64,000 nt of DNA from the human T2T-CHM13v2.0 reference genome, Homo sapiens, in NCBI RefSeq assembly GCF_009914755.1, contig NC_060926.1; one strand, given 5' to 3'. The notes under the pieces are model-generated. The model saw nothing but the letters and a program-made list of their open reading frames with translations, ran no database searches and was not told the origin of the DNA. The position numbers were made by a program, and so were the translations under genes. This document shows, in pieces, positions 12,263 to 25,603 of this stretch (the stretch's first letter is position 1; each line of letters begins with the position of its first letter).

Positions 12263-14504
12263 TTATAAGAAAAGAAAGAATAGCCTATAATTTTCAAAGA
12301 TTAGTAGGTTAAAAATTATCATTTCAACATGACTTTTGCATGTAAGTTTTCCATATGGTGTCAGTATAAATTCTCTTTCCTGCTTCTCTCAAACTCTTTA
12401 GTTAGTTATACATTCCTCACTACTACTATAGATTCAAATGCCATGTTGCAGTAGTTAACTCTAATTTATTATGGGCACAAAATGGGGACTAAGGCCACCC
12501 ATTAGGGCTATGCACCCATTGGAGTTTTATTTAAAAAAAAAAATAGACATTTTATAGTTACCAAAAAGCTTCTAAGAGTACGTGAAGGGAGCATATTGGC
12601 ATTTCAGGTAGATGACTTGGGAGGCAACTTAGAGGACGTTTTGAAGGTGGAGAGAGAGGTGTATGTGTTCAGACGACTTGCACAAACATCTGGATAATGG
12701 AAGAATTGATTCCTACAGTGTTATGAATAAAATAGAGAATGAAGTTTTATGTTAAAAGAGTTGGCTTGGAGGAGTTACTGGGAAGAAAGGGAGAGGAAGG
12801 TGACTGGGACCCTTCCAACTTCTGCCCTACCCTGTACCTGTCCCCTCATTGTCCGCAGGTGACTTAGACTTCCCTGCCATCCTGAGCAAACAGAGGGTAC
12901 CATGTGCACACTACCTCCTCCCATGTTCTCTGGATCTCAGAACCCTGCGACTGCCCCAGTCTCCCACGTTTGCCTCTGGCTTTGCCTCTTCCTCCGAGCT
13001 GAGTTGTCAGCTGGAAAACTAGTGGTCTCTTGGGGGTTGCTTCTGTGTACAACCTGCCCCTTCCTCCTGCTTGAAAGTTATAGCATCTCTGGGATAAGTC
13101 TCTTCTTGAGTTGAGATCATATTTTCATTTATTATCCCCCACGTGCCTCATATAATAGAGACTCAGTAAAGGTCTGATCAAGCTAAATGCCAAATCCCCT
13201 TCTTATGGATATCTTATTCCTGAGCAACTGACATGCTCAAGCATTCTTTATCCTAAAACAAAACTCCTTTCCTGAGTCCTATTCCTCCAACGCCCCTGTT
13301 TCTCTTTATTCCCAAATGGACTCAGTGTAGCTTACCTTTGACTTCTCTGCTCTCTCCCTGGTCTCCTTCACTCTTACACTTCCAGGCCACCTTTCTTTAC
13401 TGTTATTTTAATGAAAATTGCTCTCACTTTGATCCCTTAAGAACACTTTTTTTAAATACAAATATATTTTTGGTTTGCTCATCCATTCTACTAGACTGGG
13501 AATTATTTTTCTTTTGTGTTACCTCCTATTTCTCTTCTTTGTAGATTCATGATTTTTATCCTCCAATGTTCTTATCCCTTGTTTCCCAAAAAGACAACTC
13601 AATAAATCCTCTTTCTTTATTGTTTGACTTTTATAACATTTAAAGTGATGTTTATGGAGGGTTAAAATCAAGCATATGGTTTCTTTGGATTTTTTGCTAA
13701 ATTAGCCTTTTTCCAAAATCTTCATTTTTTCATATTAAAAACATATTTCTGCATCTTAATTTTAAGCATTTTTTAGCCTTAAAAATAGTTTAAACTGTTC
13801 CTAGTAAGTGAAAACATGCTCTTTTAAATTTCACTTGACTGAATGCATTGTTAATTCTTCCAGACTTAGTGAATTTATTATATTTTATTCAGTGTTCAAA
13901 CATTATATTAGCTCTTTGAAAGTTATTAAAGTTTCTTTTCAAAAAATGAATTAAAGTGTTACATTGAATGAATAGCAGTTACATTACACATTTAAGGAAG
14001 AAAAGTGCTGATGTATTTAAAATCATTTACTGAAGTTACAGCTGTCCCATTTGGCTTTAAAAAGCACAATGCTATTATGTGAATTGTAAATACTAAGATA
14101 TTGTTCTGAGGGGCAAAAAAAAGCTAAGACTGTTAGAGGAAAATTATAGTCTTCTAGTATGGTAACTGGATTTCCTGTCGATTTACATTTATGAAACTTC
14201 TTACTTTGATATCAAGAAATTATAAGTAGATAACCTAAACTTCCAAAATAGGATCACTTTTCAGATTTTTCAAGTAGCTGATTGCTACAATCAGCTGTCT
14301 TTAAGGACTCATCATGATCTATGATATTAAATTTTCCTTTACAAAAATTACTTTTTACGTGACATTTAACTTGTAAAACGTAGTATTTATAATTGAAATG
14401 CTGATGAGAGTAATTTAAAGTATTTCAGAACACTTTCTCTACAGATAATTTGTCTTCAAATTCTTGCCCTAGCTTACAATGCCCTGTATGATTGAGACCT
14501 TATC

Positions 14505-14810
14505 TACTGTGCCAGTTGGGTTCAGCAGAGTTCAAAATGCAAAATATTGGGGGTTGCATGTATGAAAGAGGAGAAGGGAGAAGGAGGAAGGACTACTGGG
14601 TAGTGAGGGCCTTACACTGTGTTGCTGTTCAGAAAATATGTTGGCGAGGCCAATGAGGAGTTCCATTGCCAAAATTGCCCTTTGGAGGAGTCATTCATTA
14701 AGCAAAAATGGTTGGGCTCTACTCATTAACTGAAGTTGCTTGGGGAAAGCCTGTCATAGCTTGAAGGCCATAGTCAATCCCAAAGCATCTGAAGCTAGAG
14801 CTATCACCGA
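14505..14810 (-). mobile_element. LTR16-family (LTR16C-like) ERVL LTR
   Basis: ggccaatgaggagttcc...aaaattgccctttggaggagtc...aaaaatggttgggctct similar to recalled consensus. Confidence 0.6.
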
Positions 14811-15098
14811 ATTCTTGCTTATCTTTTTTATTTTCTTTACAGTGTCTTTGAAAGAGAATACTTTTTTATGTTTATAAAGTCCGGTTTGTCAATTCTCTAT
14901 TCTTTTATGAATCATGATTTTGGTTTTACATTTAAGAAATCTTTGCCTAACACAAGGTCACAACAATTTTTTTTCCTACGAGTTTTATAGTTTTAAGCAT
15001 TACATTTAGATTTTTAATTTATTTTGAGCTAATTTTTATAGGCAAATTTGGGGTCAAGGTTAATGTTTTTATAAATGGATTTCATCTTTGTCATCATC

Positions 15099-16213
15099 TT
15101 TTTTTTTTATTATACTTTAAGTTCTGGGATACATGTGCAGAATGTGCAGGTTTGTTACATAGGTATACACGTGCCATGGTGGTTTGCTGCACCCATCAAA
15201 CCATCATCTACATTAGGTATTTCTCCTAATGCTATCCCTCCTCTGGTCCCCCATCCCCCAACAGACCCTGGTGTGTGATGTTCCCCTCCCTGTGTCCATG
15301 TGTTCTCATTGCTCAACTCCCACTTATGAGTGAGAACATGCGGTGTTTGGTTTTCTGTTCCTGTGTTAGTTTGATGAGAATGATGGTGTCCAGCTTCATC
15401 CATGTCCCTGCAAAGGACATGAACTCATCCTTTTATATGGCTGCATGGTATTCCATGGTGGATATGTGCCACATTTTCTTTATCCAGTCTACCATTCATG
15501 GGCGTTTGGGTTGGTTCCAAGTCTTTTCTATTGTAAATGGTGCTGTGATAAACATATGTGTGCACGTGTCTTTATAGGAGAATGATTTATAATCCTTTGG
15601 GTATACACCCAGTAATGGGATTGCGGGGTCAAATGATATTTCTGGTTCTAGATCCTTGAGGAATCGCCACATTGTCTTCCACAATAGTTGAACTAATTTA
15701 TACTTCCACTAACAGTGTAAAAGCATTCCTATTTCTCCACATCCGCTCCAGCATCTGTTGTTTCCTGACTTTTTAATAATTGCCACTGTAACTGGCATGA
15801 GATGTTATCTCATGTGGTTTTGATTTGCATTTCTCTAATGACCAGTGATGGTGAGCTTTTTTTCATATGTTTCTTAGCTGCATAAATGTCTTCTTTTGAG
15901 AAGTGTCTATTCATATCCTTTGCCCATCTTTTGGTGGGGTGGTTTTTTTCTTGTAAATTTGTTTAAGTTCTTTGTAGATTCTGGATATTAGCCCTTTGTC
16001 AGATAGATAGATTGCAAAAATTTTCTCCCATTCTGTAGGTTGCCTATCACTCTGATGATAGTTTCTTTTGCTATGCAGAAGCTCTTTAGTTTAATTAGAT
16101 CCCGTTTGTCAATTTTGGCTTTTGTTGCCATTACTTTTGGTGTTTTAGTCATGGATTCTTTGCCCATGCCTACGTCCTGAATGGTATGGCCTAGGTTTTC
16201 TTCTTGTGTTTTT
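15099..16213 (-). mobile_element. L1PA (L1PA7-like) 3' ~1.1 kb
   Basis: ttattatactttaagttctgggatacatgtgcagaatgtgcagg 3' end; ORF2 C-terminal peptides in ORFs 15496-15684 and 15988-16320. Confidence 0.92.
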
Positions 16214-16424
16214 AGAGCTCCTGAAGGAAGCACTAAATACGGAAAGGAAAAACCAGTACCAGCCACTGCAAAAACATACCAAATAGTAAAACCATCGACA
16301 CTATAAAGAAACTGCATCAACTAATGGGCGAAATAACCAGCTAGCATCATAATGACAGGATCAAATTCACAAGTAACAATATTAACCTTAAATGTAAATG
16401 GGCTAAATGCCCCAATTAAAAGAC
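16214..16424 (+). mobile_element. Inverted L1 segment: ORF1 C-terminus, inter-ORF spacer, ORF2 N-terminus
   Basis: Plus strand translates [23 protein letters not shown] and, from ATG 16352, MTGSNSQVTILTLNVNGLNAPIKRH. Confidence 0.9.
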
Positions 16425-16447
16425 ATCATCATTTCTTAGAGACTATC

Positions 16448-16785
16448 TGTGTTAGTCCGTTTTCATGCTGCTGATAAAGACATAACTGAGACTGGGTAAT
16501 TTATTAAAAAAAGAAAAAGAGGTTTAAGGGACTCATAGTTCCACATGGGTGGGGAGGCCTCACAATCATGGCAGAAGGCAAAAGGTCTTACATCACAGTT
16601 GGCGAGGGAGAATGAGAGCCAAGCGAAAGAGAAACGCCCATAAAACCATTAGATCTCGTGAGACTTATTGACTACTACTAGGAGAACAGTATGGGGGAAA
16701 CCGCCCCATGATTCATTTATCTCCCCCTGGGTCCCTCCCACAACATGAGATGAGATTTGGGTGGGGACACAGCCATACCATATCA
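16448..16785 (-). mobile_element. THE1 (THE1B/C-like) MaLR solo LTR
   Basis: tgtgttagtccgttttcatgctgctgataaagac...gggtggggacacagccataccatatca; perfect 5-bp TSD ctatc. Confidence 0.92.
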
Positions 16786-16823
16786 CTATCCTTTTGCCAT
16801 TGAATTGCCTTTTCACCTTTTCT

Positions 16824-17809
16824 TTTCTTTTCTTTTTTTTTTTTTGTTATACTTTAAGTTTTAGGGTACATGTGCACAATGTACAGGTTAGTTACATATG
16901 TATACATGTGCCATGTTGGTGTGCTGCACCCATTAACTCATCATTTAGCATTAGGTATATCTCCTAATGCTATACCTCCCCCCTCCCCCCACTCCACAAC
17001 AGGCCCTGGTGTGTGATGTTCCCTTTCCTGTGTCCATGTGTTCTCATTTTTCAATTCCCACCTATGAGTGAGAACATGCAGTGTTTGGTTTTTTGTCCTT
17101 CAGATAGTTTGCTGAGAATGATGGTTTCCAGCTTTATCCATGTCCCTACAAAGGACATGAACTCATCATTTTTTATGGCTGCATAGTATTCCATGGTGTA
17201 TATATGCCACATTTTCTTAATCCAGTCTATCATTGTTGGACATTTGGGTTGGTTCCAAGTCTTTGCTATTGTGAATAGTGCCGCAATAAACATACGTGTG
17301 CATGTGTCTTTATAGCAGCATGATTTATAATCCTTTGGGTATATACCCAGTAATGGGATGGCTGGGTCAAATGGTATTTCTAGTTCTAGATCCCTGAGGG
17401 ATCGCCACACTGACTTCCACAATGGTTGAACTAGTTTACAGTCCCACCAACAGTGTAAAAGTGTTCCTATTTCTGCACAACCTCTCCAGCACCTGTTGTT
17501 TCCTGACTTTTTAATGATCGCCATTCTAACTGGTGTGAGATGGTATCTCATTGTGGTTTTGATTTGCATTTCTCTGATGTCCAGTGATGATGAGCATTTT
17601 TTCATGTGTCTTTTGGCTGCATAAATGTCTTCTTTTGAGGAGTGTCTGTTGATATGCTTCACCCACTTTTTGATGGGGTTGTTTGTTTTTTTCTTGTAAA
17701 TTTGAGTTCATTGTAGATTCTGGATATTAGCCCTTTGTCAGATGAGTAGATTGCAGAAATTTTCTCCCATTCTGTAGGTTGCCTGTCCACTCAGATGGTA
17801 GTTTCTTTC
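16824..17809 (-). mobile_element. L1PA (L1PA3-5-like) 5'-truncated, ~1 kb
   Basis: L1PA 3' UTR; perfect 17-bp TSD gccttttcaccttttct (16807-16823 / 17810-17826). Confidence 0.95.
17051..17662 (-). pseudogene. LINE-1 ORF2p C-terminal fragment (cysteine-rich domain), non-functional
   Basis: 203-aa ORF containing [19 protein letters not shown] and ending ...MFSLIGGN like the ORF2p C-terminus; EN and RT domains absent. Confidence 0.9.
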
Positions 17810-19359
17810 GCCTTTTCACCTTTTCTAAAAGTCAATTGATCATACATGTAAGGATCTATTTTTAGAATGTGTTCTGTTGCATCAATTTATATGTCCATAC
17901 CTTTGCCAATACCACACTGTATTGATTATTGTATCTTTATAAGAATCTTGAAATCAAGTAATGCCTTCTAACTTTGTTCTTTTTTCAAAATTGGTTTTGG
18001 GTATTTGAGTTTCTTTGCTTTTCTACATAATTTTTAAAATCAGCTTTTTTATTTCTAAGAAAAGGAAGAATTCTGCTATGATTCATCCTGGGATTATAGT
18101 CAATCTATGGATCTATCTGGGGAGAACTGACACCTTAACATTATTAAAACTCCCAGTCCATGAACACAATATATCTCTTAATTTGTTTAGGTCTTTTAAA
18201 ATTTCTCATCAGCTTTGAAGTTTTCAACATACAGATCTTGTGTGTATTTCCTGAAAGGTATACTTAAATATTTTGGCTGCTGTTTTAAATGATACTTTTA
18301 AAAAATTTCGATTTCCAATTGTTTACTGATTCTATATAGAAATACAATAGTTTAGTTTTGTGTGCATGTATGCATGTATGCGTGAATTGACCTTATATCC
18401 TGTGACCTTCTAAATTTAAGTATTATTTCCAATGTCATTTTTTGTAGATTCTTTGAGATTTTTCTACATTGACAACTCTGTTATCTTCAAATAGTTGCAG
18501 TTTTATTTCTGTTTTTTCATTCTATATTCTTTTCTTTTTCTTGACTATTGCACTGGCTAGGACTTCCATTATCATGGTGAATAGAAGTGGTTAAGTGCAG
18601 TCATCCTTACCTTGTTCCTGATATTAGAGAGACAGCATTCAGTCTTTTGTCTTTAAGTAAGATGTTAGCTGTAGTTTTAACTGAGATTCCTTTATTGGGT
18701 TTAGGAAATCTCCTATTGCATGTTTGAGGAGTCACTAGCCTGAAATGATGTTAAATATTTTTCAGCGGCATTTATTTGCATCTATTGCAATGATCACAAT
18801 GATCACAGTAAAAGGAAATGTAAAAAATGGTCCCATAAAGATTTCATGGTCAAGCTTATTTTCTTTGCCCTAATATATAAGAAACCTTATGATCTCACCC
18901 ATGCCTACATTTCTCTAACCTTGTCATTCTTCACATGCATCTTCGGCTGTTTTGGTAAAAGGAATTGCTTACATTTATCTGAATATATTATGTTCATATC
19001 TAGCAGTGATATTTGTAGTAAATGCTGTACTTTGTCACCCAGATTTCTCCTGAAGCATAAAAGACCTAGTCCCCAACCTGAGAGACCTGCTGGGTGATAG
19101 ACCTCAGCTGTAAGCCCTCCCCAAGAGTTACCTTCTGATGGAAAGTGCCACCTTAAGTAGGTCATGCCAACTTCCCTGGAACGTCCTATGTCTAATGCAG
19201 AGAGAGAAAGCTCAGCCTCCACACCCCAAAGAGGGACAGTAACACTCCAGGTGCAATTCTGAAGGAGACCAGTCCAACTTCACAGGTGCCCATAGGGTGA
19301 GTTTACACCTTGTTACCACTAGTTAGACTGGTTAGCCACTGCAGTTAGGTGACTGCAGT

Positions 19360-19456
19360 GACAGTTTTCCCATAGATGAGGGGTTTCCCAGGACATGAGA
19401 CTTTCAGTGCTAAAAGTAGGAAAGTCCTGGGTAAAGCAGATTGACTTTGTCACCCA
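19360..19456. mobile_element. MER94/MER81-type hAT-Blackjack MITE fragment
   Basis: gaggggtttcccaggacatgagactttcagtgctaaaagtaggaaagtcctggg...gtcaccc. Confidence 0.75.
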
Positions 19457-19599
19457 AAATTTCAAAGCCTGACTCTTCTCTAAAATCCTGCTTTGCTCCT
19501 TTCTACCACAGTTGCTGATCCTGGGCACACTCCTTGCTTAACTTCACTCATTCTAATCTCTGCCCTGGCACATGAGTGCAAAAATAGACATCAGAAGGA

Positions 19600-20010
19600 C
19601 AAAAGAAGAAGCAAGGAGACCATCAAGGGAGGCAATTGCATTATTCCCACAGAGAAATTTATGAAAGTAACAGGCCTAGGTCAGTGACAGCAAAGATGGA
19701 AGACAGGTAGATTCAAGATCCATTTTACAGATCAAGCTAATAAGTCTTATTGATGAATTGAATTATGGATCCTGGAAGCCTGTTCAGAGTTGAGGTTGAA
19801 CAGATGAGCAAATGGTGGCATCATTTACTGAAATGGGGAATATAATGATGATTCACTATACCTTCAATTCAATTTGGGATGTGTGAGTGGAGATTTCAAG
19901 TAGACGTAAAGTTCTAGAGCTAAAGAGAGGTCTGGATTGGTGGTACAGATTTGAGAGACAGTGACATTCGGGTTATAATTTAAATCACAGGAGCAAATAG
20001 GACCCTCAGA
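19600..20010 (-). mobile_element. L2 fragment
   Basis: atggtggcatcatttactgaaatgggg; gagaggtctggattgg...acagatttgagag. Confidence 0.65.
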
Positions 20011-20097
20011 AGAGAGTTCAAGAGTTTCAAGTTCTTTCGAGAATCTGATGAAAGCTAAGGACCTTCTTTTAAGAAAAAAGCACACTCTTATAAAAAT

Positions 20098-20530
20098 GTC
20101 TACATTAGTTTCCTAGAGTTTGCATGACAATGATATAAATGGGATACTTTAAAACAACAGAAATATATTGTTTTGTGCTTCTGGAGGCTAGAAGTTTGAA
20201 GTCAAGGTGTTTGCAGGGGCATGCTCCCTCTGAAACCTGCAGGGGAGGATTCTTTCTTGACTTTTCTTGGCTCCTTGTGGTGGCTGTCAATCCTATACCT
20301 TGGCTTGCAGCTGCATCGCTCCAATCTCTGCCTTTGTTGTCACATGGCAGTCTTCTCTTTTTGTGTCTGCCCTCTTCTTAAAAGGACAGCAGTCACTTAA
20401 GACTAGGGGACCACCCTAACCTACTAAGACTTCATCTTAACTAATACATGAGTGCTCCCCCAACTTTTATATATATGATTTCATCGTGAGGTCCGACAAA
20501 ACTTTGGAGACACAACTGAACCCATAAGAA
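20098..20530 (-). mobile_element. MLT1 (MLT1C-like) MaLR solo LTR
   Basis: ttaaaacaacagaaat, ttctggaggctagaagt...tcaaggtg, ends gacacaactgaacccataa. Confidence 0.85.
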
Positions 20531-20534
20531 TTTT

Positions 20535-20911
20535 TCAAAAATATTTTTTACTTTTTTGTAGGTTATTGGGGTACAGGTGGTATTTGGTTACATGACTAAA
20601 TTCTTTAGTGGTGATTTGTGAGATTTTGGTGCACCCTGCACCTATCACCCAAGCAATATACACTGCACCGTATTTGTAGTCTTTTATCCCTCGCCACCTC
20701 TCACCTTTCCCTCCAAATCCCCAAAGTCCATTGTATGCCTTTGCATCCTCATAGCTTAGCTCCCACACATCAATGAGAACATACAATATTTGGTTTTCCA
20801 TTCCTGAGTTACTTCATTTAGAATAATAGTCTCCAATTTCTTCCAGCTCACTGCAAATGCCATTAATTCATTCCTTTTCATGGCTGTGTAGTATTCCATT
20901 ATATATGTGTG

Positions 20912-20958
<47 letters not shown>

Positions 20959-22706
20959 CACAGTTTCTTTATCCACTCATTGATTGATGGGCATTTGTGT
21001 TGGTTCCACGATCATTCAATTGTGAATTGTGCTGCTATAAACATGCATGTGCGAGTATCTTTTTCATGTACTGGCCTCTTTTCCTCTGGGTAGGTGCCCA
21101 GTAATGAGATTGCTGGATCAAATGGTAGTACTTTTAGTTCTTTAAGTAATCTCCACACTGTTTTACATAGTGACTGTACTAGTTTACATTCCTACCAGCA
21201 GTGTAGAAGTGTTCCCTGATGACCGCATCCATGCCAACATCTACTGTCTTTTGATTTTTTGATTATGGCCATTCTGGTGGGAGTAAGGTGGTATCACATT
21301 GTGGTTTTGATTTGCATTTCCCTAATTATTGGTGATGTTGAGCATTTTTTCACATGTTGGTTGGCCATTTTTGTATCTTCTTTGGAGAGTTGTCTATTCA
21401 TGTCCTTAGGGCACTTTTGATGGGATTATTTTATTCTTACTGAGTTGTTTGAGTCTGTTGTAGATTTTGGATATTCGTTCTTTGTCAGATGTATAGATTG
21501 TGAAGATTTTCTCCCACTCTGTGGTTTGTCTGTTTACTCTGCTGACTGTTCTTTTGCTGTACAAAAGCTCTTTAGTTTAATTAAGTCGCAACTATTTATC
21601 TTTGTTTTTATTGCATTTGCTTTTGGGTTCCTGATAATGAAATCCTTGCCTAAGCCAATGTCTAGGAGGGTTTTTTCAATGTTATCATTGAGAATTTTTA
21701 TAGTTTCACGACTTAGATTTAAGCCCTTAATCCATCTTGAGTTGATTTTTGTATAAGGTGAGAAATGAGGATCCAGTTTCATGTGGCTAGCCAATTATCC
21801 CAGCACCATTTGTTGAAAAGAATGTCCTTTCCCCACTTTATGTTTTTGTTTGCTTTGTCAAAGATCAGTTGGCTGTATGTATTGGGTTTATTTCTGGGTT
21901 CTCTATTCTGTTCCATTGGTCTATGTGCCTATTTTTATACCAGTATCACACTGTTTTGGTGACAATGGCCTTATAGTATAGTTTGAAATCAGGTGGTGTG
22001 ATGCCTCCAGGTTTGTTCTTTCAGCTTAGTCTTGCTTTGGCTATGCAGGCTCTTTTTGGTTCCATATGAATTTTAGATTTTTTTTTTCTAATTCTGGGAA
22101 GAATGATGGTGGTATTTTGATGGGAATTGCATTGAATTTGTAGATTGCTTTTGGCAGTATGGTCATTTTCACAATATTGATTGTGCCCATCCATGAGCAT
22201 GGTATGTGTTTCCATTTGTTTGTGTCATCTATTTCTTTCAGCAGTGTTTTGTAATTTTCCTTGTAGAGGTCTTTCACCTCCTTGGTTAGGTGTATTCCTA
22301 AGTATTTTTTTTTTGTAGCTATTGTAAAAGGGGTTTAGTTCCTGATTTGATTCTCTGCTTGGTCGCTGTTGGTGTATAGAAGAGCTACTGATTTGTGTAC
22401 ATTAATCTTGTATCCAGAAATTTTGCTGAATTGTTTTTATCAGTTCTAGGAGCTTGCTGGAGGAGTCTTTAGGGTTTTCAAGGTAAACAATCATATCGTC
22501 AGCAATGAGTGACAGTATGACTTCCTCTTTACTGATTTGGATGCTCTTTATTTCTTTCTCTTGTCTGGTTGCTCTGGCTAAGACTTCCAGCACTATGTTG
22601 AAGAGGAGTGATGAGAGTGGGCATCCTTGTTTTGTTTCAGTTCTCAGAGGAAATGCTTTCAACTTTTCCCCATTCAGTATTATGTTGGCTGTGGGTTTGT
22701 CATAGA
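20535..22706 (-). mobile_element. L1PB (L1PB1-like) 5'-truncated, ~2.2 kb
   Basis: L1PB 3' UTR; RT motifs [15 protein letters not shown] and LIADDMIVY in ORF 22402-22719; internal (CA)n(TA)n at ~20900-20960. Confidence 0.92.
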
Positions 22707-23019
22707 AAACCCATAACACTTTTATACCATTTTAAGGATTCAAAAATTTTTCATGTCCAACTTCCAGAGACATAATGCTGGACTCACCAACGTTTGAAAG
22801 ATGGGTGCAGGAAGAGTTAATATAAAAAGAATGAGAAGATACAAGAAGAGCAGGAGCATATATCTCCTTACTAGGAAGCCAAAAGAAAAGAGAGTTCAAA
22901 GATCAACCCCGAGGCCATGGAAGAAAAGCACTGAAAATAATCCCCTGAAAATCAAATGTATGTGTTAGGTTGACCACAGGTAGCTCCACACATTGCTGCT
23001 GATGATACTAGCAATACAT

Positions 23020-23200
23020 GTTAACATTCTTGGCCTTTCTAGATGTCAGACACTATTCTAAGTACTCTTAATTTGCTGAATTATTTAATCCTCACATCAA
23101 CTCTGTTATTATTCCCATTTTGTAATGAGAAAACTAGAGAGTTAAAATAGCCTTTTTACAGTGGCATACCTAGCTGGCAAAAGAGCATCTCAAACCTTAC
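23020..23200 (-). mobile_element. MIR
   Basis: tttaatcctcacatcaactctg...attattcccattttgtaatgagaaaact core. Confidence 0.75.
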
Positions 23201-23339
23201 GATGTTCAAATCATAACTTTTTCCCCTGTCCTAATGTGTACCTCCTCATGATTCCCCATTTCAGTCATTAAATAAACCTGCCAATCATTGGCATTTTGTT
23301 TCTTTTTTTTTATAGGAGATATTCTTTTTTTTATTGCCT

Positions 23340-23528
23340 GTTTTTTTAATTATTATTATACTTTAAGTTTTAGGATACATGTGCCCAACGTGCAGGTTTG
23401 TTACATATGTATACATGTGCCATGTTGGTGTGCTGCACCCATTAACTCGTCATTTAGCATTAGGTATATCCCCTAATTCTATCCCTTCCCCCTACCCCAA
23501 CCTCACAACAGTCCCTGGTGTGTGATGT
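23340..23528 (-). mobile_element. L1PA extreme 3' end fragment
   Basis: ttattatactttaagttttaggatacatgtgc...ctggtgtgtgatgt; no clear TSD. Confidence 0.9.
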
Positions 23529-24615
23529 GAGGTCATCTCTTCATTTCACTTCATGCATTAAATGAACTCATTTTTCTGATAACACAAACCAGAAAGTGCA
23601 GAATAATGTATTTCTCTCTCACTTTTTTTTTTTTTTTTTTTTTTTTTTGCCATTTTCTGAGTTAAATCAGTGACTAAATGTGGTCAGTCTCTTGCTTAAA
23701 ATCTGTCAGTGGTTCTGCCTTGCCATAGAATAAGTAGCCTGGGATCAGGCTCTCGTATTTCCAGTCTCACTCTCAAAGCATTCCTAGAGGGCTGCACTTC
23801 CACTCCTCTGGCAGCACTCTAACCACATTGAACCATGTGTTGTATCTCACCCTTTCCCTGTGCTCTGTCTGTGTTGGGTTTTCCTCTTGGCACCAGGAGA
23901 CCTCTCTTAATATTTCGGAGCCCAACTCACAGGCACCTTCTCTTATGAGATGTTCAATGGGGTCTTGCGCCAAGGGCAAAACCTAGATCGAGAACACGAG
24001 AGTTGTGCCTTCAATGTGCATTTGATTTTGTCCAAGTCAGAGGATGTAAAAAAGGCAGGAGACAAATAAACAGGTAACTTGACTAAAGGACAGAATATTA
24101 ATGACAGGCTGGTGCTGACAACAAATTGTTGTTGAGCTTTAAAGAAGGGAGACAAACCATTGGCTGGAAGTCTACTCCTTCCAATTATATTGCACCATCG
24201 ATGTAAATAACCCCCTCTCCCAAAAGGAGAGCTTTATGATGACATGTGATGAAGAATTTTATGCTGTTCTGCTAAAATCACATTTACCATTTCGCATATT
24301 GGGCTTCAATTTTTAATTTACTCGTTTTAATAAGCCTCATTACTTCCAAGGTTATTTATACAGTGTTTAACTCCTACTGGGTGTTTCTTTTTCTGAGTCT
24401 TTTTTAGCTTTTAAGTAATGGCTGTGATTATATAATTAAAGCAAACTACAGCAGATTACATTAAGAAGTTCACTTTTTTTGGAAGAAGGAAGTTTGCTCT
24501 TTGTTCACTTTCATATTATTCATTTTTCATAATTTAATATTACCAAAGATAGTGCATAAATATTATAATTAGCATATTTGTTGTTTTTCTTGAATGGATA
24601 TTGTGATTTACCTTT

Positions 24616-24920
24616 GTTTTTGTTTTTTGTTTTTTTGAGACGGAGTTTCGCTCTTTTACCCAGGCTGCAGTGCAGTGTTGTGATCGTGGCTCACTGCAGA
24701 CTCTGCATTCCGGTTTCAAGTGATTCTCCTACCTCAGCCTCCTGAGTAGCTGGGATTACAGGCGCCCGCCACCATGCCCGGCTTATTTTTTTTTGTATTT
24801 TTAGTAGAGACGGGGTTTCACCATGTTGGCCAGTCTGGTCTCGAACTGCTGACCTTGTGATCCACTCACCTCGGCCTCCCAAAGTGCTGGGATTACAGGT
24901 GTGAGCCACCAAGCCCGGCC
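24616..24920 (-). mobile_element. AluS (Sg-like)
   Basis: Full Alu; perfect TSD tgtgatttaccttt. Confidence 0.95.
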
Positions 24921-25126
24921 TGTGATTTACCTTTAAAAGACTGTTAATGATCTTCAGGTAGCACTGACAACTCCTAAACCCTGAAATCTTGAATTTTAGA
25001 TCCTTTATTGCTTATGGTTTCTCTTAGGCAAATTATGCAAAGTTTTTTTCTGTTGTTTTTATTTTAGGTTTTGTTTACAGTTTTGCTGCAAAGTCTGTAT
25101 CATATACTTCAGGATCCAAAATGCAA

Positions 25127-25201
25127 TTATATATATATATATATATATATATATGGATGTATGTGTATCATATTAAGTAAACTCAAGCAAAGCACTAATA
25201 G

Positions 25202-25232
<31 letters not shown>

Positions 25233-25235
25233 ACA
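25127..25235. repeat. (TA)n and (CA)n microsatellites
   Basis: TA run ~25127-25154; CA run ~25202-25235. Confidence 0.9.
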
Positions 25236-25277
25236 AAAGTATTGCTTTATCCCTATCTACTGTTTCTCCTCCATATT

Positions 25278-25603
<326 letters not shown>

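Larger units (their letters stand above)
14815..18800 (-). mobile_element. Old L1M ORF2-region fragment, split by three younger insertions
   Basis: L1M sequence at 14815-15098, 16424-16447, 16786-16823 and 17810-18800 reads continuously once inserts are removed. Confidence 0.75.

Noticed and set aside
17051-17662. Longest ORF (203 aa) as a host gene
   Set aside because: It is the LINE-1 ORF2p C-terminus within a 5'-truncated L1 bounded by a TSD; no promoter or catalytic domains
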